Shown piece after piece: positions 9,743 through 18,719 of a stretch of 64,000 nucleotides of DNA (position 1 is its first letter; each line of letters starts with the position of its first letter). The stretch covers positions 2,816,001 to 2,880,000 of the forward strand of contig CAVZSV010000004.1 in assembly GCA_963778115.1 (NCBI GenBank). The letters are read 5' to 3'. This DNA is from an uncultured delta proteobacterium (GTDB taxonomy: Bacteria > Bdellovibrionota > FAC87 > UBA2466). The notes under the pieces were generated by a model, which ran no database searches, had not been told where the DNA came from, and saw only the letters and a list, made by a program, of their open reading frames with translations. The translations under genes and the position numbers were made by a program.

Positions 9743-11380
9743 TCACCGCGCTTGCACTTCAGCCAAGTACCGACCCAGCTCTTTTTTTTCCACCGCGGTT
9801 AACCTGTCACCTCGAGGAGGCATCTGTCCTGCTCCCTCCAGCGCCACTCTCGCTAAAATCTCTTCTTTCATGATACGACCGCTTTTACTGGAGGCTTTCA
9901 ACACCACGGCAAGTTCTCGGGGAGCATCGAAAGGAATTTTTCGCCCGACGATAAGAGCCGCCTCTCCTTCGTGACAACGGGTGCATCTTTCGAAGGGAAC
10001 ATCTGTGATGTCGAGACGGTTTAGTAAAGTGACCGCACTTGGATTGATACTGGGAGCCTCGTCAGAAGTTACGATGGCTTCAGGAAGGCTAACAGGTTTT
10101 TCCTTTTCTCTTTGTTCGATTAGCGCGCATGCTTTCAAAGCTTGCCCCAAATCCAATCTTTCGGCGAATGCTCGCCCTTTTTCGGGGTAAGCGAGATAGG
10201 TCTTTAGGAAAGGGCGAAAAGCGTCATCGTCGTGAGCTAGGTTTCGTAACATCTCTTGGATGAAATCCTCTTTGAGATAAAAATCTCTTTCTCCGTAAGC
10301 GCTGCTTAAAATACCGTCAAAAAAGGAGGTCGAGCCGCTTTCGAAGGCTAGCGACCAGTCCGAAGTATCTACATTGAGAACCTGAGCTACGTATTCAATT
10401 TGCGAAAGATTACGATACATCCCAAGCTCCATCATATCGAGCTCGCTCTTCGCGGGGCCGCGAGGACGGTAGCCCAAGCGCTTGAGTCGATCTTCATTCT
10501 CATAATAGATGGCGGCGTACGCTTTTTCCTCGTAAGCCGTCGAGATGGGAAGGGAACGACAGCCTAACAATCCTGAAAGAAGGGCGATGCGATACTGGGA
10601 ATACCTAGCGGAAGTCTCTAGCTTTCGTTGGATCCGCTTTCGATTGAGTTCCGTCCATGCCATTCCCAGTCTAGTATTTGGTGTAAATTTCAACTCATCA
10701 AACGAAGCTTCCACCATGTTTTGGTCGTACTGCTTAGGATCTAAATAAGGGGGCACTGAAGTTCCTTTGGGCCAATCGAGGTATTGGTAGACTCCTTTCT
10801 TAGCGTGCTGTTTTAAGAAACGACGGTACCAGACCAGTTCCTTGGATCCTTTGGGGAAGGTATCTCTGACACTGCCGTAGAAGCCCGGCCACAAGGGGTA
10901 AGAGTCGGTGATGGGTTTGGGATCCGCCCCGTGGCAGCGTAGACATTGTGGCGGATTGATGCGGCCGTTTTCAGGATGCTTATCCGCCGGCAGAGTGAAT
11001 TGGCTCAATTCGAAACTGGCCTTTTGATCGTTAAAGGCGATGGCTTCTATGGTGTTATAGCCCGGGCGATCGGGAGCACCCGTAAACGCAAGGGCTAGTC
11101 TACCGTCAGAGGAGAAGAGAAGTACTCTGGGATGCATTGGGTCTGTGGCATCTTCACCGTATTTTCCGTGAGGGCTTCGGCTTTCGTAAATGAAAGTAAA
11201 ATGCGACTTAAGGTCATGGGAGAGCAGCGGCAGAAGTTCCTTGAGGTCTTGAACTGGCCTTCCTGTCTTGGGGTTATTAGCGATGATACCGGAGATCGAC
11301 TGAGCAGGAGTTCCCTGACTGAACGAGGGAAACCATCCTGCGATCCAAAGACTCCATAATACGAACGTCCACCTGCTCAT
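9743..11380 (-). CDS. Exported di-haem c-type cytochrome of unknown function
   Basis: Signal peptide, CLRCH and CTRCH, C-terminal MPP; GAGGAG SD upstream. Confidence 0.75.
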   Translation of the reverse strand: MSRWTFVLWSLWIAGWFPSFSQGTPAQSISGIIANNPKTGRPVQDLKELLPLLSHDLKSHFTFIYESRSPHGKYGEDATDPMHPRVLLFSSDGRLALAFTGAPDRPGYNTIEAIAFNDQKASFELSQFTLPADKHPENGRINPPQCLRCHGADPKPITDSYPLWPGFYGSVRDTFPKGSKELVWYRRFLKQHAKKGVYQYLDWPKGTSVPPYLDPKQYDQNMVEASFDELKFTPNTRLGMAWTELNRKRIQRKLETSARYSQYRIALLSGLLGCRSLPISTAYEEKAYAAIYYENEDRLKRLGYRPRGPAKSELDMMELGMYRNLSQIEYVAQVLNVDTSDWSLAFESGSTSFFDGILSSAYGERDFYLKEDFIQEMLRNLAHDDDAFRPFLKTYLAYPEKGRAFAERLDLGQALKACALIEQREKEKPVSLPEAIVTSDEAPSINPSAVTLLNRLDITDVPFERCTRCHEGEAALIVGRKIPFDAPRELAVVLKASSKSGRIMKEEILARVALEGAGQMPPRGDRLTAVEKKELGRYLAEVQAR

Positions 11381-11453
11381 CACCTGACCTCTCCTCAAGC
11401 CCCCACGCGTAAGGGCGCGGAAAAACGGGTCATTAGGTGAGGGAAAATTATTT

Positions 11454-11480
11454 TGAGCTGTTTTTTGACGGGTTGGCGCG
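11454..11480 (+). promoter_or_regulatory. Putative ECF promoter TGAGCT-N17-CGCG
   Basis: Same motif and spacing as 13514-13540; lies about 85 nt upstream of 11564. Confidence 0.5.
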
Positions 11481-11563
11481 TTTGTTGGTGCGGCAAATGA
11501 TTTTGCCGCGGTGGAGCGGACGTTGTTGTACCGGGATCCACGTCAATTCAGGGAGGAGATAAT

Positions 11564-12520
11564 ATGTTTAAGACTCGATGGGGCCTAATGACCCTATCCG
11601 TTGCACTCGCTTTCGGCGGGGCTTCGGTAGGGCAAGCGGCTCAGGAATTTGGCTCCGCACAGCAAGAGGGTGCGGTTGTGGGTAGAACAGAAGTTGCGCA
11701 ACCTATGAAAATGGGCGGCGGCGGTGGTGGGTTCAAGCCAGGTGGTGGCGGAGGGTTTAAGCCAGTCGTCGGATTTAAGCCCCCCACTCTGGGAGTGAAG
11801 CCAGGAACTCCTATTGGAATGAAGCCTCCAACGCCCGTTGGATTTAAACCCCTTCCCGTGGGATTAAAGCCGTTACCTATCGGCGTGAAACCACCGACTC
11901 CTATCGGAATCAAGCCACTGCCTATCGGCGTCAAGCCTCCGACGCCCATTGGATTTAAACCTCCAATGCCGATTGGAGTAAAACCTCCGACGCCCATTGG
12001 ATTTAAACCTCCGATGCCGATTGGAGTAAAGCCTCCGACGCCCATTGGATTTAAACCTCCGATCGGTGTGGTTGTGAAACCGCCCAAGCCCTGTCCGCCC
12101 ATCGTGTTACCTCCGCACTGGAACTATCCTCCGGTGGTCTATTTCCCGGTACCTCAGCCTGTGGCATGTCCGGCTCCCGTTGCCGAAGATGTCTTGGCGT
12201 ACCAATTGAGTTGTCGGTTGCCTGGCGGCACTGCAGCCCAAGCGCTTCTGGGAGTGGATGCTCTGATTTCGTCGACAGACGGCGAAAACTATACGGTTCA
12301 GGGAACGGTGTACGGAGCGGATAATCAAAATTATCCAGTCAACGAAGCCGCCGTCGGCGAGATCGATCAGATGATGAATCTGTCGCTCACTAACGGAGAC
12401 CAGCTCTATCTGGAGCCGCTCACGGATGCCTCGTATGCAGGTTACCTACAAGGGACGGTGGATCTCTTGGGGCTTAGAGATCAGAACGGGCTTCTCTGCA
12501 CCCTGACGCAACAACAGTAG
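11564..12520 (+). CDS. Exported Pro/Lys-rich repeat protein with C-terminal globular domain
   Basis: GGAGGAG SD, signal peptide, about 14 G[FVIML]KP units, C-terminal domain bracketed by two Cys. Confidence 0.85.
   Translation: MFKTRWGLMTLSVALAFGGASVGQAAQEFGSAQQEGAVVGRTEVAQPMKMGGGGGGFKPGGGGGFKPVVGFKPPTLGVKPGTPIGMKPPTPVGFKPLPVGLKPLPIGVKPPTPIGIKPLPIGVKPPTPIGFKPPMPIGVKPPTPIGFKPPMPIGVKPPTPIGFKPPIGVVVKPPKPCPPIVLPPHWNYPPVVYFPVPQPVACPAPVAEDVLAYQLSCRLPGGTAAQALLGVDALISSTDGENYTVQGTVYGADNQNYPVNEAAVGEIDQMMNLSLTNGDQLYLEPLTDASYAGYLQGTVDLLGLRDQNGLLCTLTQQQ
11936..12063 (+). repeat. 48-bp coding tandem repeat, about 2.7 copies
   Basis: cctccgacgcccattggatttaaacctccRatgccgattggagtaaaR at 11936, 11984 and 12032 (partial). 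Confidence 0.9.
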
Positions 12521-12532
12521 ACTGACCCTACC

Positions 12533-12572
12533 AAAAGGGCCGGATCGCTCTAAAAAGCGAACCGGCCCTTTT
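12533..12572. terminator. Bidirectional intrinsic terminator
   Basis: AAAAGGGCCGG...CCGGCCCTTTT between convergent genes. Confidence 0.85.
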
Positions 12573-12593
12573 CCTTTATTGAATCAAGCAAAG

Positions 12594-13211
12594 TTAGGCA
12601 GCAACCTTATTCACATTTTCAATCACCGGAACGTTTTTCAAAGCGATGGAAAACATGCAGGTAGCAAAACCACTAAAGAACATTTCGATTCCCACAAACG
12701 TTCCAATCACCCAAAAGCCGGAATTAGGCCATTGGTTCCAGATCATCACTCCTAGTACCAACGCCATAAGGCCGCTAAATACCGACCATCCCCATTGAGG
12801 GTAGCGGTTCGTCATGGCCATGATAATGCGAACAATTCCGCCCACGATAAAAAGCGGGGCCAATAGAAACGTAAGCATCATAGCAGTGGCAGCGGGACTT
12901 CGAATCGTCAGAAAGCCGGCTACCGCATAGAGCACTCCGGTAAACAGTCCCGAGACAACGCCTCCCCATTTGCCCGCGGAGAAAGCATGAATGGCATGGA
13001 TGATACCGCCCACCAAAAGGAGCCATCCGATGAGACTCACTGAAACTAAAGTGGTGAGTGTCGAAGCGCTAATAGCGATTAGTCCCAACACGACAAGCGC
13101 GATCCCTTCGACGAGAAACCAGCCCCAGATTTTTCGAAGCGAGCTGAATTCTGCAACAATATGGTTAGCAAATTGAGACAAACGAATGGAGTCCGAATCA
13201 ACGGTTCTCAT
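12594..13211 (-). CDS. HdeD/DUF308 family membrane protein
   Basis: Six TM helices, WGWFLVEGI, IWNQWP..GFWVIGTFVGIEM signature. Confidence 0.9.
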   Translation of the reverse strand: MRTVDSDSIRLSQFANHIVAEFSSLRKIWGWFLVEGIALVVLGLIAISASTLTTLVSVSLIGWLLLVGGIIHAIHAFSAGKWGGVVSGLFTGVLYAVAGFLTIRSPAATAMMLTFLLAPLFIVGGIVRIIMAMTNRYPQWGWSVFSGLMALVLGVMIWNQWPNSGFWVIGTFVGIEMFFSGFATCMFSIALKNVPVIENVNKVAA

Positions 13212-13272
13212 AAATTCTCCTTTGCCCGCACAGGTTTATTAGCAGCGAGCTAGTTTTCCTGTGGGGCAAAGC

Positions 13273-13288
13273 TGCAGGAGTTGGGCCA
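13273..13288 (-). promoter_or_regulatory. Putative sigma54 promoter for the HdeD-family gene
   Basis: Minus strand TGGCCCAACTCCTGCA = GG-N10-GC. Confidence 0.5.
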
Positions 13289-13312
13289 GAAGAGCTTGTC
13301 CACGAAAAAATC

Positions 13313-13342
13313 AAAAGCCAACCCCCCATGGGGTTGGCTTTT
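13313..13342. terminator. Intrinsic terminator (bidirectional shape) downstream of small ORF
   Basis: AAAAGCCAACCCC...GGGGTTGGCTTTT. Confidence 0.85.
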
Positions 13343-13404
13343 GGTGGAGTAGGCTTGCCGTCCTAACCGCTTTGGGTTCACGCGAGGAACACGTTTTAAA
13401 TTTT

Positions 13405-13476
13405 TCAGCTGGTTAGAATGGCAAAGGCCAGCAGCAAAATCGAGAGGTAGATAAACTTTTCCGTGTCGATAATCAC
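13405..13476 (-). CDS. Small 23-aa single-TM peptide MIIDTEKFIYLSILLLAFAILTS (not in ORF track)
   Basis: GTG start preceded by AGAGGAGG SD; hydrophobic stretch; upstream promoter motif and downstream terminator. Confidence 0.65.
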   Translation of the reverse strand: MIIDTEKFIYLSILLLAFAILTS

Positions 13477-13513
13477 TGGGCCTCCTCTACCTAACCGCCG
13501 TCTCACCCTAATT

Positions 13514-13540
13514 AGCGATAAACGCTACCGAACCGGCTCA
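13514..13540 (-). promoter_or_regulatory. Putative ECF promoter TGAGCC-N17-CGCT
   Basis: Minus strand TGAGCCGGTTCGGTAGCGTTTATCGCT, divergent from the ECF gene; matches 11454-11480. Confidence 0.55.
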
Positions 13541-13644
13541 TCTATTAAGTTATTGATATATTTGATATATAAGAGTCTCTCTTTGGCCCAGGCTTGCCGA
13601 GGGTCCGGCATCAAGCTACGCCGCCATAGCGTCGATAAAGACAT

Positions 13645-14229
13645 ATGGGAAAGCCCGCTGCACAGCTAACGGAACTATTGAAAGAGTCCTCCTTGGGCGA
13701 CGCTGAAGCGCTCAAAGCGGTATGGTCTGAGGTCTATAAAGAGCTCGCAAAGATCGCAAAACGGGCCATGGCGAAAGAGAACGCGGGCCACACTTTGCAG
13801 CCGACCGCTTTAGTGAATGAAACGTTTCTTAAGATCTTCGAAGGAAAGCCTGTCGACTTTCAGAATCGCGGCCATTTTTTTGCCATCGCTGCTCAGGCCA
13901 TGCGCAGGATCATGGTTGACCATGCGAAAGCAAAGCGCGCCTTGAAACGCGGAGGCGGCGAATTCAAAATTGCTTACGATGACAATCAACATAGTCTTGG
14001 GCCTAGTGGAAGTGAACCGGACGTTTTGGCACTTGATGCGGCTTTGGAACGATTGAGAAAAATGGAGCCCCGATTCGTTCGCGTCGTGGAGTTGCGATAT
14101 TTTGGAGGCCTAAGCTTAGAGGAAACCGCTGAAGCGATGGATATGTCACTAGCTACCGTAAAACGTGACTGGGCTTCAGCCAAACTGTGGTTATATCGTG
14201 AGCTCAGCGGCCAAGAAGACGCTCAATAG
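13645..14229 (+). CDS. ECF sigma-70 factor, TIGR02999-like (kinase-associated)
   Basis: HTLQPTALVNE, FFAIAAQAMRRIMVDHA, KRGG, ELRYFGGLS..E...TVKRDW..A..WL. Confidence 0.92.
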   Translation: MGKPAAQLTELLKESSLGDAEALKAVWSEVYKELAKIAKRAMAKENAGHTLQPTALVNETFLKIFEGKPVDFQNRGHFFAIAAQAMRRIMVDHAKAKRALKRGGGEFKIAYDDNQHSLGPSGSEPDVLALDAALERLRKMEPRFVRVVELRYFGGLSLEETAEAMDMSLATVKRDWASAKLWLYRELSGQEDAQ

Positions 14230-16120
14230 CAAGCAGTGGGAGTTATTGACCCAGTGCTTTGAAGAAGCCGCCGCTCTGGACGCGGCGGAACGAGCTCATT
14301 ATCTAAGACGGTGGGAAGAAAAAAATCCCCTCATCGGACTTGAACTGAGAAAACTTCTCAAATCAGATTCTGTCCTTAAAAATTTTCTCGAGGTCTCTCC
14401 CACGACCCGCTTATCCTCCGTGTTGGATGAAGCGCTTTCGCCGGATTCTCTTTCCCCGGGGAGCCGCATCGGAGATTTCCTAATCGCGGAAGTCTTGGGA
14501 AGGGGCTCGTTCGCCACCGTCTATTTGGCTACCGAAATGGCATTGGCTCGTGAAGTGGCCCTTAAAGTTAGCGTAGGAGTTTCTGAAGAGGCAAAGACCA
14601 TTGCCTCGTTGGATCACCGTTCTATTGTTCAAGTCTATTCCGAACAGATCGAACCCAGCCAAAAACTTCGTTTGATTTGCATGCAGTATATTCGGGGAGC
14701 CAGTCTTGAAGTGATTCTGGGCAATGTGAAAGGAGCTCTCACGGGATCGGCGTTGCTAAAAACACTTCAAGAACTCAATTCGCCTCCGCTAACGTTTAAT
14801 GCCGAGGAGATTTCCCTAAGATCTGCTTTAGCCGAGTGTGACCAGATCGATGTGATCTTAAAGCTGGGGATTCAAATGTGTGAGGCGCTCTCCTATGCGC
14901 ATAGCCGCAACGTACTTCATCTTGACGTAAAACCGGCCAATATTCTCATCAACCACTGCGGGGTTCCGTTACTAACCGATTTTAATATCTCGATTCGGGC
15001 GAACGCCGAAAGGGGCGAGATTCCCGAACACTTCGGGGGCACGCCTACTTACATGTCGCCGGAACAACGGGAGGTCTTCGAAGTGGAGGACGAATCAGAA
15101 GCCTTTGCTAAGATTGATGCTCGCTCGGACATCTATTCCTTGGGCGTTGTTCTTAGCGAGCTATTCACAGAAGTAAGGCCCAGAGGGCCGCTATTCCAGA
15201 GTGAGGTCAATTTACGCCTTAATCTGAAAACCGCGACGGAGACAAACTCCCGTGATCGTTTTGCCACAGCTAACGATTTTTTTCGCGCTCTTCAAACTTG
15301 TCTGGAACTACGTTCTATTGAGCGGCGATTGGGTGAACGTAGAAAGATTGCGCGTTTTAGTGAACACCATCCCCTTATCGCGCTAACTCTAATAGGTGCG
15401 CTCCCTCAAGTGTTAGCGGCTGTGATCGGAGTCGCTTATAACTCCATTGAAATTGTGGATCAGCTGGGAGGGGCTCAGAAAGTGTGGTTTCAAAAATTAA
15501 ACGCTACCTATCTACCGGTGAGTTACCTCGCCGTTTCGTTGATTTGGTTTCTCGTTGTTTTTCGGGTCTATCCCTTCCTCAAAGCCCCTGAAAAGTGGAC
15601 GAGACATCCAGAGGATTTGAGAAAAATGAAGCAGCACGTATTAAATATCCCCTATTGGGGCATGTGTTGCTGTGCCCTAGGCTGGCTTCCCGGCGCCCTT
15701 CTTTATCCCGCGGTGTTGCAGCTACGGGCGGAGCATATGCAAGCGGTTGTCGTGTGGCACTTTATCGCTTCTTTCACTCTGTCGTGGTTGATTGCTCTTT
15801 CCTATTCCTTTGTCTTTCACCAGTATATTGCGCTTCGTGATCTCTATCCGCGACTGATGGTAGGAAGTCTTGAAGAGGCCTCGATACGAAAGGGGTTGGT
15901 GAAGCGAATGTCCCAGCTGACTCGGGCTTCGCTTGCGCTTTGCATTCTCTCGCCTTTGGGGGGAGCGCTTTTGGTTTTGGCCGCTGGCCCCGGTGACCTC
16001 GCTCATACCACTGACTTTAGATGTCTTGTGGGAGTGCTTATTCTTTTGGGGATCGCCGGCGTCATATTTTCCGCTTCCATCGGTCCAAAGCTTGTGCGTT
16101 GCTTATCTTGCTTTCTCTAA
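14165..16120 (+). CDS. Hanks-type Ser/Thr kinase with C-terminal multi-pass membrane domain (start uncertain)
   Basis: GRGSFATV, VALK, HLDVKPAN, DFN, GTPTYMSPEQ, SDIYSLG; about five C-terminal TM segments. Confidence 0.9.
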   Translation: MTGLQPNCGYIVSSAAKKTLNSKQWELLTQCFEEAAALDAAERAHYLRRWEEKNPLIGLELRKLLKSDSVLKNFLEVSPTTRLSSVLDEALSPDSLSPGSRIGDFLIAEVLGRGSFATVYLATEMALAREVALKVSVGVSEEAKTIASLDHRSIVQVYSEQIEPSQKLRLICMQYIRGASLEVILGNVKGALTGSALLKTLQELNSPPLTFNAEEISLRSALAECDQIDVILKLGIQMCEALSYAHSRNVLHLDVKPANILINHCGVPLLTDFNISIRANAERGEIPEHFGGTPTYMSPEQREVFEVEDESEAFAKIDARSDIYSLGVVLSELFTEVRPRGPLFQSEVNLRLNLKTATETNSRDRFATANDFFRALQTCLELRSIERRLGERRKIARFSEHHPLIALTLIGALPQVLAAVIGVAYNSIEIVDQLGGAQKVWFQKLNATYLPVSYLAVSLIWFLVVFRVYPFLKAPEKWTRHPEDLRKMKQHVLNIPYWGMCCCALGWLPGALLYPAVLQLRAEHMQAVVVWHFIASFTLSWLIALSYSFVFHQYIALRDLYPRLMVGSLEEASIRKGLVKRMSQLTRASLALCILSPLGGALLVLAAGPGDLAHTTDFRCLVGVLILLGIAGVIFSASIGPKLVRCLSCFL

Positions 16121-17412
16121 CCTCGTTTTACGAGTTCGAAAAATAGTTTCACTGGGCTGTCGTCTTCAGCGATTTTTTCCCACTTCCCCGTTTGAACGTT
16201 GAATTTCTCTAGCTTCGCTTTGCCTGAGCTCCCCGCTGTTCTATCAACGACCCGGTATTGGTCGCCGTTGTTCGCCGTGTAGTTTGCTTGGCCTTTCACA
16301 TCCACAGAATTGGCGTTTGCGACCTTATCGATGGCTTGTTGCAGACGGCTGATTCCGTCGATTTGATTGCGGTAAGGAGCAAAAGTTTCGAGGTCAAAAT
16401 CCGGGCCCGCATGATTTTCCGCAAGAGAGTTCCACATCGCTTGCACGGCATTCTTAGCTCGCTCCGCGGATATCTTCATTCGAGCTACCAGAGATTGTCC
16501 CGAAAACGGCGTGGGTGCCGACGGATCTTGTTTCAACTTTCCTAACCAGCCGGTGTAGTCTTGCTGAGAGAATTTCTGCCAGGTGGCGATACCGTCGTTA
16601 TTGTATTCGTTTGCGATAGCCCTATCGTACGCTGAGAGCAGAGCGCTATAAACATTCCCTTCGCTGCTATTGTATTGAAGCTGTCCGTCAGGGCCTTTCG
16701 TGAAAACATGATCGACGTCGATGCCCAGACGTCTTAGGGCTGGGATCATCGTGCTTCGAAAGTTAGTAGGCCACCAGTCATTGGCTAACTCTTCGCTTCC
16801 GGGCCGCCCCAAGTCCGGGCCGAAATTGTGATTAGCGATTAGCTTTTGAAGAGCTAAAATTTCTCGGGGGCTTAAGTCGGCTTGGCGACCTAATCGTTCG
16901 ATCCAGATCATGGATGCATATTCGTGCGAAAGAATTTCGCGTGATACGAAATCATTGGGAAACATTTCTTGAAGAGCCGCAGCCATCTCTCGCGGAATCT
17001 CTACTTTTCCTAGATCATGAAGAACCATCAAAAGACGAAGGCGGCTGGGACTAATGCCAAACGCCTGGCTAAGTGCTTGGGCGTCATGAGAGAACGGTTT
17101 GAGATGCTGGTTTTCCACGTGCTCTAAATTATTTTGAGCGGCGGGACTAGTGGGCCTGTCATGAAGCTTTTTCTCCCCTAACGCTGTTAGCGTATCGATG
17201 GCGCTATCGGGAATCGCTTCGAGTGCTCGTTGGGCTTCGTCGAGTTGTTTGGAAGTTGTGCTGGTGATGCGGACGGTGCGTTTGAGATCTGAAAACCCAC
17301 GGGCCAGAATTTTCAAGCTACCCTCGCAGGAGTCTTTTGCTTGAGAGCAAACCGGCGTAACCAATATCAGCCATCCCACCGCGACCAGCCATTTTGTACT
17401 TCTCATTTTCAT
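16117..17412 (-). CDS. Exported HD-domain-like protein
   Basis: Signal peptide; H...LHDLGK...HE...HN...D pattern. Confidence 0.65.
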   Translation of the reverse strand: MKMRSTKWLVAVGWLILVTPVCSQAKDSCEGSLKILARGFSDLKRTVRITSTTSKQLDEAQRALEAIPDSAIDTLTALGEKKLHDRPTSPAAQNNLEHVENQHLKPFSHDAQALSQAFGISPSRLRLLMVLHDLGKVEIPREMAAALQEMFPNDFVSREILSHEYASMIWIERLGRQADLSPREILALQKLIANHNFGPDLGRPGSEELANDWWPTNFRSTMIPALRRLGIDVDHVFTKGPDGQLQYNSSEGNVYSALLSAYDRAIANEYNNDGIATWQKFSQQDYTGWLGKLKQDPSAPTPFSGQSLVARMKISAERAKNAVQAMWNSLAENHAGPDFDLETFAPYRNQIDGISRLQQAIDKVANANSVDVKGQANYTANNGDQYRVVDRTAGSSGKAKLEKFNVQTGKWEKIAEDDSPVKLFFELVKRG

Positions 17413-17679
17413 CTGCTTCGACCGTCCTTCAAAGGGAGTAGCGACAGACGCAGTGGGAAAGGCTCATAAATATTGAGAATGCTTATGGAATACAGGGAAA
17501 TATGATTGAAATGGCTAACTTAGCCGCGCCTGGAGTCTCGCAGGGGGGAAGCCGGGCTGCTCTTAACATTTGTTCTGAGTTGTAGTGATGGGATCGAGTG
17601 CTTCCTTCCGGAATTCAATAAGATAGAGGTCACAACATCACAATCGGGCTTTAACCACCAGGATACTGAGGAGACAATA

Positions 17680-18594
17680 ATGACAATGTCGACAACGACC
17701 AGAGGAGTCTTGTTGTTGGTATTTTTAGTAGTTTCATGCGTGGGTTTTTCGAGTGGCTTTGCAAGCGATGATTTAGTTCCGACGCCCGGGGGTTATAGAG
17801 ACGGCGCTTTTGTTTACGAGATAGAGCCGGGACAGCAGATCCGAGTGGCTTCTGATCGTTACGAGATTACCGATGGAAGGGGTAGCATCGTCCGGTCAAT
17901 TCCCAAAAGAGAAGTCCAATCGCAGCAGGTACATGCGGATGGCTGGGTAACCTACACTTCATGGACGAATGACACCGGAAGTAGCATCAAGTCATTTGTA
18001 TCGACTTGGAAAGTTCCTCAAACCCCTCCTTCGAGCGGCGGACAGCTCCTTTATCTATTTAACGGAATGGAACCCGATGCCCGCGATGCCATTTTGCAAC
18101 CCGTCTTGCAATGGGGGACCTCTCCCGCCGGTGGAGGAAACTATTGGGCGGTGGCAAGTTGGTACGTTACTTCAGACGGGCAAGCGATGCACAGTAAAGT
18201 GACCCCAGTAAATCCAGGGGACACTTTGCTCGGAGTGATGAAATTAACTTCATCGGGTCACGCAACCGACGCGGGAACTTTTTCCTACACCAGCGAGTTT
18301 ACGGGGATTGCTAATAGTTCGGTTACCGTATCCAATATTTCCGAACTGACTTGGGCTTCCGAAACTTTGGAAACGTACGGTACGGCTCAATGTTCGGACT
18401 ATCCCGCGGCCCCTACCGCTTTCACTCAGATCGGACTTCAAACGGATGTCGTTCCGGATTCGCTAAATTGGGAAGTGGCCAATGCGATTACGGATTGCGG
18501 GCAGCACGCGTCGGTGACAAGTCCTTCGGCCGTTCAAGGGGAAGTGGATATCTTCTATGCCGGCGGACCGATGAACCACGAAGGCCATCCGTAA
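17680..18594 (+). CDS. Exported beta-rich protein, possibly glutamic peptidase (G1)-like
   Basis: GAGGAG SD, signal peptide, possible prodomain, ILQPVLQWG and ETLETYG motifs. Confidence 0.55.
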   Translation: MTMSTTTRGVLLLVFLVVSCVGFSSGFASDDLVPTPGGYRDGAFVYEIEPGQQIRVASDRYEITDGRGSIVRSIPKREVQSQQVHADGWVTYTSWTNDTGSSIKSFVSTWKVPQTPPSSGGQLLYLFNGMEPDARDAILQPVLQWGTSPAGGGNYWAVASWYVTSDGQAMHSKVTPVNPGDTLLGVMKLTSSGHATDAGTFSYTSEFTGIANSSVTVSNISELTWASETLETYGTAQCSDYPAAPTAFTQIGLQTDVVPDSLNWEVANAITDCGQHASVTSPSAVQGEVDIFYAGGPMNHEGHP

Positions 18595-18719
18595 GTATTT
18601 AATATATTTATGTTAAAAATGTGAGGCCCGGAACCTCTTACTCTCCGCAAAGTTTTCTTAACGCTTCATATCAATTGAGGTATTAGGAAATCATTCATTC
18701 CACTACCGGGGGGTAGGTC

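Noticed and set aside
11936..12063. Regular repeats as a possible CRISPR array
   Set aside because: Contiguous in-frame coding repeats without unique spacers; no cas genes
11641..12102. 153-aa minus-strand Gly/Pro repeat ORF
   Set aside because: Antisense shadow of the repeat tract in 11564-12520, which has the SD, signal peptide and terminator
13220..13271. Inverted repeat touching the SD of the HdeD-family gene (thermometer-like)
   Set aside because: If the sigma54 promoter at 13273-13288 is real, most of the 5' arm lies upstream of the TSS, so the RNA stem would not form
13342..13400. CTCCACCA on the minus strand before a terminator, resembling a tRNA/tmRNA 3' end
   Set aside because: No T-arm (GTTCRA) or cloverleaf upstream
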